Part shown: piece after piece, positions 39,512-48,168 of the stretch
Layout: every line of letters begins with the position of its first letter
How positions within the stretch are numbered: the stretch's first letter is position 1
NCBI GenBank assembly: GCA_963422365.1
Contig: OY729426.1
Coordinates: forward strand, 1,824,001 to 1,888,000
Length of the DNA stretch: 64,000 nucleotides
Source: Nitrospirales bacterium
GTDB lineage: Bacteria; Nitrospirota; Nitrospiria; Nitrospirales; UBA8639
Direction: 5' to 3'
Made by a program: the position numbers and the translations under genes
Notes under the pieces: model-generated
The model's database searches: none
The model's input: the letters and a program-made list of their open reading frames with translations, nothing else
What the model was told of the DNA's origin: nothing

Positions 39512-40018
39512 TTATCGGCGTTTGACGGGAACTTCGGTGGCTGTTGAATCTTGGATCCGATAGGCGCGAATCACGGGAGTTGTTTGATCTTGGAGAGAGA
39601 TAATGACGTGTACAGGTTCGGGAATATTGAGTTTTTCCCGGTAACTTTCGAATTCCATGGCAATGGTAATATCAGTGCTGGATGGACGAGCTGGACTGAA
39701 GGTGTGGGAATGGTAAAAGGCTGTAAGCGTGATGCCTTTCTGACGAATATCTTTTTGCGCTTGTGACATTTCCTGTGCATCCATTTGGAAGGCGATATCG
39801 GCCCGTTCTTCCGGAGAAAGCTGTTTGAGATCAGAAAGCTTTGCCTGATCGAAGCGGGTAAGCTCGGCCTCACTCATCTTGGCTAAAATGTTCGTAATCC
39901 GATAGTGCTCGTTAATGGTGTTGTCGTGACCGGCTAAAATGCCACAGCATTCATGAGGATCTAAGTCTCGCGCGTGCTCGATCATGTTGTCCCAGATGTC
40001 CGAAGGAATGATCAGCAT
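39512..40018 (-). CDS. JAB/JAMM (M67) metallopeptidase, Mec-like
   Basis: PHECCGILAG and YHSHTFSPARPSSTD JAMM motif. Confidence 0.92.
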   Translation of the reverse strand: MLIIPSDIWDNMIEHARDLDPHECCGILAGHDNTINEHYRITNILAKMSEAELTRFDQAKLSDLKQLSPEERADIAFQMDAQEMSQAQKDIRQKGITLTAFYHSHTFSPARPSSTDITIAMEFESYREKLNIPEPVHVIISLQDQTTPVIRAYRIQDSTATEVPVKRR

Positions 40019-40177
40019 GGTGTTACAAAAACCGGTTAGTGGCGTTCTTGTCGTTCGAAGGCCTGGACGTCCTGCTTCGTATGCTTCAACTTTTTCACTG
40101 TCTGCGGTCTTGCCAGCCAAGACTTTTTGAATGTCCTGGTCAGGCTGGGGATCGCGAATGGCTGAGGAACATCCATG

Positions 40178-40981
40178 TTATGAGATGCTGCACGAGACGA
40201 GATGTTCTTCCAGCGCGGTGATCGTTGGGTTGGCGCTGCAGAGCGGGCAGTGAGGGTCTTTGGGGCGACCGACGGTGCGGAATTTCATTTCCAACGCATC
40301 GTAGATCAGTAAGCGGTCTGCGAGGGTGTCGCCTATCTTCAAGATTTCCTTGATGGCTTCATTGGCCTGTAAAATGCCGATGGTGCCCGCGAGGACCCCT
40401 AACACCCCTGCTTCTTGGCAATTGGGGACCAAACCGGCAGGAGGAGGTTCTGGGTAGAGACAGCGATAGCAGGGATATCCTTCATGTGGTTTGATCGTTG
40501 CAATTTGCCCCTCAAAGCGAAAGATGCTTCCTGAGATCAAGGGTTTTTTTGCAAAGAAGCAGGCATCGTTCACCAAAAACCTGGTGCCAAAGTTGTCTGA
40601 GCCGTCGAGCACCAGATCGTAATCTGGTAACAAAGTCATAATATTTTCGGCACGAATATGTTCTTGATACGTCTTGACGTGGACATCAGGATTCAACACC
40701 TCTAAAAGTCGACGTCCGGACTTGACCTTCGGCACTCCCACATGGGGCGTGGTGTGAAGAACCTGCCGTTGTAAATTCGATAGATCGACCACGTCGCCGT
40801 CAATCAATCCAATCGTGCCGATTCCCGCCGCTCCCAGATACAAAGCGATCGGGCAGCCTAGACCTCCAGCGCCAACGATAAGGACTTTGGCGTGGCTTAA
40901 CTTTTGTTGACCTTTTCCACCAACTTCCTCAAGGATCATTTGCCGGCTATATCGTTCGATTTGTTCTTCAGTAAAATTCAT
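40178..40981 (-). CDS. ThiF/MoeB family E1-like adenylyltransferase (copy 2)
   Basis: RYSRQ, GAGGLG, SNLQRQ, CYRC, NCQEAG, CPLC; no rhodanese domain. Confidence 0.93.
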   Translation of the reverse strand: MNFTEEQIERYSRQMILEEVGGKGQQKLSHAKVLIVGAGGLGCPIALYLGAAGIGTIGLIDGDVVDLSNLQRQVLHTTPHVGVPKVKSGRRLLEVLNPDVHVKTYQEHIRAENIMTLLPDYDLVLDGSDNFGTRFLVNDACFFAKKPLISGSIFRFEGQIATIKPHEGYPCYRCLYPEPPPAGLVPNCQEAGVLGVLAGTIGILQANEAIKEILKIGDTLADRLLIYDALEMKFRTVGRPKDPHCPLCSANPTITALEEHLVSCSIS

Positions 40982-40993
40982 TCTTGCGAGCCT

Positions 40994-41233
40994 CTATTCC
41001 ACCACGTTGAGTTCAATGGGATCGACGAGCACTCCTTGATTGCGTAACCCCTCAATGGCGCGTTCGATTTCTTCAGTTTCGCCTGAAAATTCGATGTCCA
41101 TCCAGCCGGTGGTTGCGCGCACGTCGGCTCGGCGGATGCTGGTGACAACCTGGTAGTCATGCCCAATTTGATAAATGACGGGTTCGGGAATTTTTTCTTC
41201 AGGGAATCGAATGTGAAATCGTAGTTTAGCCAT
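40994..41233 (-). CDS. Stand-alone NIL domain protein
   Basis: EPVIYQI...V.TSIRRADV...GW...E.SG; start at ATG 41233. Confidence 0.82.
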   Translation of the reverse strand: MAKLRFHIRFPEEKIPEPVIYQIGHDYQVVTSIRRADVRATTGWMDIEFSGETEEIERAIEGLRNQGVLVDPIELNVVE

Positions 41234-41507
41234 GGCCGCCACCTGCAATGGCAGGAACGATCGACACCTCATCGCCATCCTTGAGGGGCGTTTCTTTTCC
41301 TGTCAGAAAACGGATGTCTTCTTCATTCACATACATATTGATAAACCGCCGAATTTCTCCTTGTTCGTCGCATATCCGGTCTTTTAATCCAGGATGAGTG
41401 ACATGTAACTGGTCAATCAATTCGCCAATACTGTTGCCTGTTCCTTCCACCTCACTCTTGCCTCCAGTCATTGGGCGGAGGGGGGTTGGTATGCGTACAG
41501 TGATCAT
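41226..41507 (-). CDS. MoaD/ThiS family ubiquitin-like sulfur carrier (CysO/SAMP-like)
   Basis: VRIPTPLR..TGG, RRFIN.YVN.EDIRFL, ends IVPAIAGGGHG. Confidence 0.92.
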   Translation of the reverse strand: MITVRIPTPLRPMTGGKSEVEGTGNSIGELIDQLHVTHPGLKDRICDEQGEIRRFINMYVNEEDIRFLTGKETPLKDGDEVSIVPAIAGGGHG

Positions 41508-42742
41508 GCCATCTCCTGTTGTCCAAACAGTTGTTTAAATTTGGCCAGACTAGCCGGAATTCGGAATGGACGCCCGACCGAATCCACAACGGCTTCTTGT
41601 GTTTTTAATCCGTTGCCGGTGATGTAGGCGATGGTCACGTCATTTTTCTTGATTACGCCTTGCTTCACGAGCTTGAGAAGGGCTCCAATGGTCACACCTC
41701 CTGCGGTTTCGGCAAAAACTCCTTCAGTTTGGGCTAAAAGCTTAATGCCTTCTATGATCTCATCGTCGGTGGCTGATTCCATGGCCCCACCGCTTTCCGC
41801 AGCCGTTTTTAATGCATAGTATCCATCGGCAGGGTTGCCAATGGCCAAGGATTTGGCAATGGTGTTTGGCTTGACGGGTTTGAAGAAGTCGCGTCCATCT
41901 TTGAAGGCCGTTGCAATCGGGGAGCAGCCTTCGGCTTGGGCCCCATTCACTTTGGTGGGCACATGCTTGAGAAAACCGATTTTTTTAAATTCGGTGAGTC
42001 CTTTCCAAATTTTGGTCAATAACGAACCTGAAGCCATTGGCACGACGACTTGATCGGGCGCACGCCACCCGAGTTGTTCGACGACTTCGAATGCCAAGGT
42101 TTTCGAGCCTTCGGCATAATAGGGACGGATGTTCACATTGACAAAGGCCCACCGTCGTTCACCGGCAATCTCGCTACATAAACGATTCACGTCATCATAG
42201 GTGCCTTCGATTTCTACAACTTTTGGTCGATAGATCAAGTTGCCGAGGACTTTTGCTTCTTCCAGGTCGCCAGGGATAAACACATAACATTGCATGCCGG
42301 CCTGTGCTGCATGAGCGGCAACGGAATTGGCTAAATTGCCGGTGGAAGCACAGGCTACGGTTTCGTACCCTAATTCCCTGGCGCGAGTCAGGGCGACGGC
42401 AACCACACGATCTTTAAACGACAGGGTTGGATGATTGACGCAGTCGTTTTTAATGTAGAGTTTGTCAAGCCCTAAAAAGGATCCTAAATTTTTTGCATGA
42501 ACGAGTGGGGTCATGCCGGCATGAAGCCCGACTGTCGGATAACCTTCAATCGGGAGCAATTCTTTGTACCGCCACAGTGATTTAGGGCCGGCCTCGATTG
42601 AGGCTAACGGCATCTTCTCTTTAATTTCGTCGTAATTATATTTGATCTCTAGAGGCCCAAAGCACCGTTCGCAGACATGAATGGCTTCTGTGGGATATTC
42701 TTTCCCACATTCCCGGCAAATGAGGGCTTTCATCTTTGCCAT
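41504..42742 (-). CDS. thrC: Threonine synthase-like PLP enzyme
   Basis: N-terminal CxxC...CxxC, PTLSFKDR, CASTGNLA, EGSKT, TGNGLK. Confidence 0.85.
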   Translation of the reverse strand: MAKMKALICRECGKEYPTEAIHVCERCFGPLEIKYNYDEIKEKMPLASIEAGPKSLWRYKELLPIEGYPTVGLHAGMTPLVHAKNLGSFLGLDKLYIKNDCVNHPTLSFKDRVVAVALTRARELGYETVACASTGNLANSVAAHAAQAGMQCYVFIPGDLEEAKVLGNLIYRPKVVEIEGTYDDVNRLCSEIAGERRWAFVNVNIRPYYAEGSKTLAFEVVEQLGWRAPDQVVVPMASGSLLTKIWKGLTEFKKIGFLKHVPTKVNGAQAEGCSPIATAFKDGRDFFKPVKPNTIAKSLAIGNPADGYYALKTAAESGGAMESATDDEIIEGIKLLAQTEGVFAETAGGVTIGALLKLVKQGVIKKNDVTIAYITGNGLKTQEAVVDSVGRPFRIPASLAKFKQLFGQQEMA

Positions 42743-42775
42743 GGTTCAACCTCCTTCCTGCATCCGGCCAGGAAA

Positions 42776-43603
42776 CTAGGAGACACCGAACGCTCCAGGC
42801 GTTTGCAGTTGGCACACCTCTTGTTCGTGCTCAAACAGTTCGGTGATTTCCGGATGGTCGCCACACAAGGGACACCTGGAATTTCGCTTCGTCTTTATTT
42901 CACGAAATGCCGTTTTTCGAGCATCAAAATCGAGAATGCGGTTGGTGAGCGGGTCACCGATTCCAAGAATCAGTTTTAGCGCCTCTGTTGCTTGAATGGT
43001 CCCGATGATGCCAGCCACCACGCCGAGGATCCCTGCCTCGGCGCAACGGGGCACGAGCCCCGGCGGAGGTGGATGGTTGAAAATACACCGATAGCAGGCT
43101 GATTGCTTGGGCACAATGGAAAACACTCGACCCTCGAATCGAAGAATACCACCATGGACGAGAGGCTTTTCTGCGAAATAGCACGCGTCATTGATGAGAA
43201 ATTTTGCAGGAAACGTATCCACCCCATCAATGACGATATCGTAGGGTTTGATGTAGTCCATCGCATTGTCGGCGGTAAATCGATCTTCGTATGTTTCAAC
43301 GGTCACATCGGGATTAAGGAGGAAAAGTTTTTCTTTCGCCGATTGCACCTTTGACCGTCCGACATCGGGAGTATGGTGAAGCACTTGCCGTTGAAGATTG
43401 GACAGATCGACCACGTCGCTATCAATTAATCCAATCGTTCCAACGCCGGCTGCAGCCAAATATAAGGCAACTGGCGAACCAAGTCCCCCTGTCCCGACCA
43501 CAAAAACTTTCGCTTGGGCAATTTTCTTTTGCCCTTTCCCTCCGACCTCGGGTAACAGGATGTGTCGGCTATATCGAGTGATCTGTTCTTCTGAGAAACT
43601 CAT
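42776..43603 (-). CDS. ThiF/MoeB family E1-like adenylyltransferase (copy 1)
   Basis: RYSRH, GTGGLG, SNLQRQ, CYRC, RCAEAG, CPLC; no rhodanese domain. Confidence 0.93.
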   Translation of the reverse strand: MSFSEEQITRYSRHILLPEVGGKGQKKIAQAKVFVVGTGGLGSPVALYLAAAGVGTIGLIDSDVVDLSNLQRQVLHHTPDVGRSKVQSAKEKLFLLNPDVTVETYEDRFTADNAMDYIKPYDIVIDGVDTFPAKFLINDACYFAEKPLVHGGILRFEGRVFSIVPKQSACYRCIFNHPPPPGLVPRCAEAGILGVVAGIIGTIQATEALKLILGIGDPLTNRILDFDARKTAFREIKTKRNSRCPLCGDHPEITELFEHEQEVCQLQTPGAFGVS

Positions 43604-43624
43604 GTCGATACACTCAGTGGCCTG

Positions 43625-44554
43625 CTAGATATTAAAATATTTTTCAATGCTCAGATACCGCTCGCCCGTGTCGCACAGCACCGTGACGACATTTTGGCCG
43701 GGACTCAACTTTTGCGCAACCTGCTGAGCCGCAAAGACATTGGCCCCAGCGGAAATGCCCACGAGCAGCCCTTCTTTTTTCGCCAACAGTTTTGTGGTTT
43801 GATAGGCTTGGTCGTCGGTGACTCGAATAATATCATCAATGATGGAACGATTCAGTATTTTGGGCACAAAGCCGGCGCCGATGCCTTGAATCTTATGCGG
43901 CCCCGGTTCTCCACCAGAAAGCACTGGGGATCCCGCTGGTTCCACGGCGACGATTTTGGTAGCTGGCGCGCGTTCTTTAAACACTTGCCCACAACCTGTA
44001 ATGGTTCCACCTGTCCCCACGGCTGCGACAAACGCATCAACGTTGCCGTCTAAAGCATTCCAGATCTCAACCGCCGTTGTTGCCCTGTGAATCGCGGGAT
44101 TCGCCGGGTTGGAAAATTGGTCAGGCATACAATATTCTGGATTTTGGGCAATAATGCTCTGGGCCTCTCGAATGGCACCCTTCATGCCTTCCCAAGCCGG
44201 AGTCAAGATCAATTGTGCGCCATAGGAAGATAAGAGACTTGCTCGTTCGAGGCTCATGCTTTCCGGCATGATCAGAATCAGTTTGTACCTACGAACTGCA
44301 GCAATTAAAGCAAGCCCGATTCCTGTGTTCCCACTGGTTGGTTCGACTATGGTTCCTCCTGGTTGGAGTTTGCCCGTGCGCTCCGCCTCATCAATCATAT
44401 TGAGGCAGATCCGATCTTTGATACTCCCACCCGGGTTGGCAAACTCGACCTTTCCAAAGATGGCGCCGCCGCCTTCCGGAGAAAGGCGGTTCAATCGAAC
44501 CAAGGGTGTCTTGCCGATCCCCTCCGTAATCTTTGATAAATATTGGGTGGTCAT
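43625..44554 (-). CDS. cysK: Cysteine synthase
   Basis: NPGGSIKDR, EPTSGNTG, GTGGT, PHKIQGIGAGF, DTGERYLS. Confidence 0.93.
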   Translation of the reverse strand: MTTQYLSKITEGIGKTPLVRLNRLSPEGGGAIFGKVEFANPGGSIKDRICLNMIDEAERTGKLQPGGTIVEPTSGNTGIGLALIAAVRRYKLILIMPESMSLERASLLSSYGAQLILTPAWEGMKGAIREAQSIIAQNPEYCMPDQFSNPANPAIHRATTAVEIWNALDGNVDAFVAAVGTGGTITGCGQVFKERAPATKIVAVEPAGSPVLSGGEPGPHKIQGIGAGFVPKILNRSIIDDIIRVTDDQAYQTTKLLAKKEGLLVGISAGANVFAAQQVAQKLSPGQNVVTVLCDTGERYLSIEKYFNI

Positions 44555-44751
44555 ACCCCACCGCCCATGTAGAACAGAAATTCTAATTTATCGCCTTCTC
44601 GGACCTTCGTCGTTTCGAGTCGGTCTCGTTCAACAATTTGAGTGTTGAGTTCAACGGCAACCATGTGCGGGTCGATCTCTTTATGTCTCAAAACATCCAT
44701 GATGGTGTTGGCCTGAAGTTCTTCGGGTTTACCATTAATGGTGATTTGCAT
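44551..44751 (-). CDS. thiS: ThiS family sulfur carrier protein
   Basis: ITING, VAVELN..IV, GDKLE, ends FYMGGGV. Confidence 0.88.
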   Translation of the reverse strand: MQITINGKPEELQANTIMDVLRHKEIDPHMVAVELNTQIVERDRLETTKVREGDKLEFLFYMGGGV

Positions 44752-44842
44752 TGTTTACTCCACCGTAAAGGATATGACTATAAACACACAAAGATAACAA
44801 ACTAATAACAATTTCGTCAAGAAAATGTGAAATTACAGGGGG

Positions 44843-45571
44843 TTACGAAATAAGTTGGGGCACCAGGTCTTTTGCATGACCCTGGATGGACAAATCGACG
44901 AGGTCGGAATTGGGTGTCGGAGCCAGATTCAATTCCGCCACAAAAGCCCCATTTTTTTTGGCAACAGGCCCAAAAGATGCGGCTGGATAAACCATGCCGG
45001 AAGTTCCGATAATCAGGAGCACCTTACAATTTCGTAATGCATCAAAACTTTTTTGCAGATTCTCAGGGTCCAAGGATTCTCCAAACCAGACGATGTGAGG
45101 ACGAAGAAGCCCTTCGCACATTGAACATGCCGGCAACATGGCGATGGGAAGGTCGTGGTTGAATGTTACTTGTCCGCATTGAGTGCAACGCACCTTCCAA
45201 ATATTGCCGTGAATTTCCGACAAACATTGAGAACCTGCTAAAGGATGGAGTCCATCGACGTTTTGCGTGATCAGCCAAAAATTGGTCACTCTATTTTCCA
45301 GTTCCACAAGCGCGGTATGGGCTGGATTCGGTTGCTTGGTTGCAATGAGTTCGCGGCGCCAATTGTACCATTCCCACACTAGTTTAGGATTGCGCGCGAA
45401 GGCCTCGGGTGAGGCTAATTCCTCTGGCCGATGGTTTTTCCAGAGGCCCCCTGCACCACGAAACGTCGGCACGCCGCTGTCCGCGGAAATTCCGGCTCCA
45501 GTCAGGACCGTGACGGCGGCGGTCTGGGCGAGCCTTGACTTCAGTTCCTGAATCGTGAGGGAAGAGTTCAT
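44843..45571 (-). CDS. cobB: NAD-dependent protein deacylase (class III sirtuin)
   Basis: TGAGISADSGVPTFRG, WYNWRR, TQNVDGLH, HG, two CxxC, GTSG.VYPAA. Confidence 0.94.
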   Translation of the reverse strand: MNSSLTIQELKSRLAQTAAVTVLTGAGISADSGVPTFRGAGGLWKNHRPEELASPEAFARNPKLVWEWYNWRRELIATKQPNPAHTALVELENRVTNFWLITQNVDGLHPLAGSQCLSEIHGNIWKVRCTQCGQVTFNHDLPIAMLPACSMCEGLLRPHIVWFGESLDPENLQKSFDALRNCKVLLIIGTSGMVYPAASFGPVAKKNGAFVAELNLAPTPNSDLVDLSIQGHAKDLVPQLIS

Positions 45572-45701
45572 GCTCAATCAAAAATGTGTTGAAGCAGGGA
45601 TAAGTTCGATGCATCTTACGAGAAGAACTCACGGGCTACAATACTCACAGACACCGAAGGAATCGCTGAGAAACGGCAAAAGTGCGGGGACAGTTCCCTG
45701 G

Positions 45702-45727
45702 ATCATTCCCGCAAAAGCGGGGATGAC
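45702..45727. repeat. REP-like hairpin
   Basis: ATCATTCCCGCAAAAGCGGGGATGAC, a GTCATTCCCGC-type palindrome. Confidence 0.5.
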
Positions 45728-45760
45728 AATAGGAAACAGAGAAGCTCTTGGGCTAGGGTG

Positions 45761-46149
45761 CTACTTGGCTTCGCCTTGCCACAACACGTCGTATCCAAGT
45801 TCCTTGGTTTCAGAACACAGGTCCGTCAATGTGGCAAACATCTTCTTGAAGACTTTATCGGTATGGGATTTTTCATGATCCCCAAACGATCGGTCAATAT
45901 GTGACGATTGCAGAATGATCATCAGTCGTAGTGGAGCGACCGAGTGAGCCTTCCTGGGAAATGAATCCGGAAAACTTAAAAACTTGCCCTGCGAGAAATC
46001 CGCCTTTTTCGTTGCCGTAGGTTTCTTTGATCATCATGCACAGTTCCCCGATGGTACGCTCGATTTGCTCAAACGTGATACCAGGGTTGAGCGTAAGAGT
46101 GTTGAAAAGCATTTTTGCCCCCGAACGGAAGGGTAATGGGACCCAACAT
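45761..46149 (-). pseudogene. Disrupted conserved hypothetical protein
   Basis: RBS AGGAGG, MLGPITLPFG, +1 shift in a G-run into ORF 46112-45894, TGA plus shift, then RSFGDHEKSH...ELGYDVLWQGEAK to TAG 45761. Confidence 0.7.
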
Positions 46150-46297
46150 ACTATTCTCCTCCTGTGAGAGACGCACAGCTAACACGGATGAGCGTCCTGG
46201 AAATAACGGGGCTCATCGTGAGATGTACCAGACGGGAATCCTCCATGTAGGCTTGCCGTCTTCACACCAAAGGATGAACATGAGACATCTTTGTATT

Positions 46298-46352
46298 TGT
46301 AGGGCCGCATCTCATGCAGCTAAGAAGAGTCATCCATGAGATGCGGGGCCGT
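46298..46352. repeat. GTAG-type REP-like inverted pair
   Basis: TGTAGGGCCGCATCTCATG ... CATGAGATGCGGGGCC; matches 13286-13310. Confidence 0.6.
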
Positions 46353-46530
46353 TACCCCAGAGGGAATCCCCCCCCTGGGGCCTCAAACTCATGGAATAAT
46401 TGGGGTATCGCGTTACGCTTCAGGTGGCCTGAAGCGTATTTTCATACCAAGCATCAATGGGATGCCTTTCGAGTACGTTGGCTTATGAGGAGAGAGGCAG
46501 ACACTTGCCCGTTTTTCTTTTCTCTGGTTG

Positions 46531-47310
46531 TTAAATTTCGCGGAGGTATTGCTCCAGCAAGGCGTGGTAGGCGCGGATGCGTTTCACGTACTGGACGGGC
46601 TCCCAACCGCGAGCGTACCCATATCGCAGGCTTTTGTAGTAGGTTTTTTTGGCCAAGAGAGGAAGCACCGTCTTGAGATCTTTCCAGGAATTGGGATTTT
46701 TTCCTTTGTGCAGAGCTAAATATTGAGCATCTTTGATATGCCCGATTCCTACGTTATAGGCCGCCAGGGCAATCCAAATGCGATCTGGTTTTCCGATATG
46801 GGTGGGAAGGCGTTTCTCCAGTTTCCAAAAATATCGGGCTCCACCTTCGATGCTTTTGGTGGGATCTAATCGGTTTTGAATGCCCAAAGACGAAGCGGTA
46901 TTGCGGGTTAGCATCATGATGCCCCGAACTCCGGTTGGACTGACGGCATATCGATCCCAACGTGATTCCTGATAAGCTTGCGCCGCCAGCAATGTCCAGG
47001 AAATCCCATAGGCCTGAGCAACTCTTTCAAATTGTTGTTGATACAATGGTAAGCGGGTTTCAATGTGGTGATAGAAACGACGCGTCTCCCACCAAGCAAG
47101 ATCGGGTTTGAGTGAGGGCGGCAGATCTTTCACCGTTTTGGATTGAGGCTTGGGTAACTGGATTGGTTGGGTAACAGGAACGTTCCACCACGCTGATGAA
47201 ATGAGGAGAAGTAGAACTGCACAAGCAGCCAGACCTTTTCCAATGACATCTGCTGTCTGCAGATAAGATTTGGCCTTTCCAGTTTGGTATTTCGACAGAC
47301 ATGGAATCAT
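46531..47310 (-). CDS. Lytic transglycosylase, MltF-like SLT domain
   Basis: LLAAQAYQESRW, SPTGVRGIMMLT, LAAYNVG.GH, YGYARG.EPV.YV; lacks the MltF binding-protein domain; start uncertain. Confidence 0.88.
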   Translation of the reverse strand: MIPCLSKYQTGKAKSYLQTADVIGKGLAACAVLLLLISSAWWNVPVTQPIQLPKPQSKTVKDLPPSLKPDLAWWETRRFYHHIETRLPLYQQQFERVAQAYGISWTLLAAQAYQESRWDRYAVSPTGVRGIMMLTRNTASSLGIQNRLDPTKSIEGGARYFWKLEKRLPTHIGKPDRIWIALAAYNVGIGHIKDAQYLALHKGKNPNSWKDLKTVLPLLAKKTYYKSLRYGYARGWEPVQYVKRIRAYHALLEQYLREI

Positions 47311-47673
47311 GGGGTCTTGTGAGGAGGATAAATTGATGAATCCCGTATTGGCAAAGGCAGCTTCGTATCCAAGAAATATTTGGATCCTATTTTTGCACGG
47401 ATTGAGTGTGAATCTCAACGGGATTTTCTTGATGAGTGGAACGTAGGTGTCGAATACAAACAATCGGAACGCGCTGATGTCATATATGTTATTCATCTGA
47501 AGTTTGGGGCAAGTGTCTTCTGAGTCAAATTTGTTGGGGTGTTCTCATGGAATATGTTGGTCTAATGAAGGACTTGTGTTAAAACGCGGGGAAAAAGAGG
47601 AGATTCATGGTGAATCTTCAGAGAAAATAAAATTCGCGATTCCCAAAAGATTGTAAAGAAAGGATAAGGAAGG

Positions 47674-48096
47674 ATGGTGGAACACACGTTAGCAATCATT
47701 AAACCTGATGCCGTGAAAAAACGGGTTATTGGCGAGATTGTTCGGCGATATGAAGCCGCTAGTCTCAACCCCATTGCGATTCAAATGCTGTGTATGTCCA
47801 AATTGATTGCCGAAGAGTTTTATGCCGTACACCGCGAACGTCCATTCTTTCATGATTTAACCACGTTTATGTCTTCGGGACCTTCGGTCGTCCTTGTTCT
47901 CGAAGGGGAAAACGCGATCCAGGCAAATCGAGATCTTATGGGAACAACTGATCCCCAAAAGGCAGATTCTGGAACGATTCGAGCAGCACATGGGTCTTCG
48001 ATTGAGGCCAATGCGGTTCATGGATCAGATTCTCCTGAAACAGCCAAGTTTGAAATAGGATATTTTTTTCCAGACGTGGACTTGCAGGTCCAATGA
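47674..48096 (+). CDS. ndk: Nucleoside diphosphate kinase
   Basis: [24 protein letters not shown]. Confidence 0.97.
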   Translation: MVEHTLAIIKPDAVKKRVIGEIVRRYEAASLNPIAIQMLCMSKLIAEEFYAVHRERPFFHDLTTFMSSGPSVVLVLEGENAIQANRDLMGTTDPQKADSGTIRAAHGSSIEANAVHGSDSPETAKFEIGYFFPDVDLQVQ

Positions 48097-48168
48097 CGAA
48101 GCGCTGTCGAGCCATCTAAAAACAGTGCTGCCCTGGGCTTCCGTATTCAGGCAGTGGATCTTCGCCAC

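Noticed and set aside
39512..44751. Bacterial ubiquitination-type antiphage system
   Set aside because: No E2 or effector genes; the PLP synthases and NIL domain indicate sulfur metabolism.
44843..45571. Sirtuin as a defence NADase
   Set aside because: Has the canonical CobB deacylase motifs, zinc site and YxxR pocket.
15015..45896. TGA at probable Trp positions (15015-15017 and 45894-45896) suggesting stop-codon reassignment
   Set aside because: TGA terminates many intact genes here (guaB, apt, ndk), and both affected genes also carry frameshifts.
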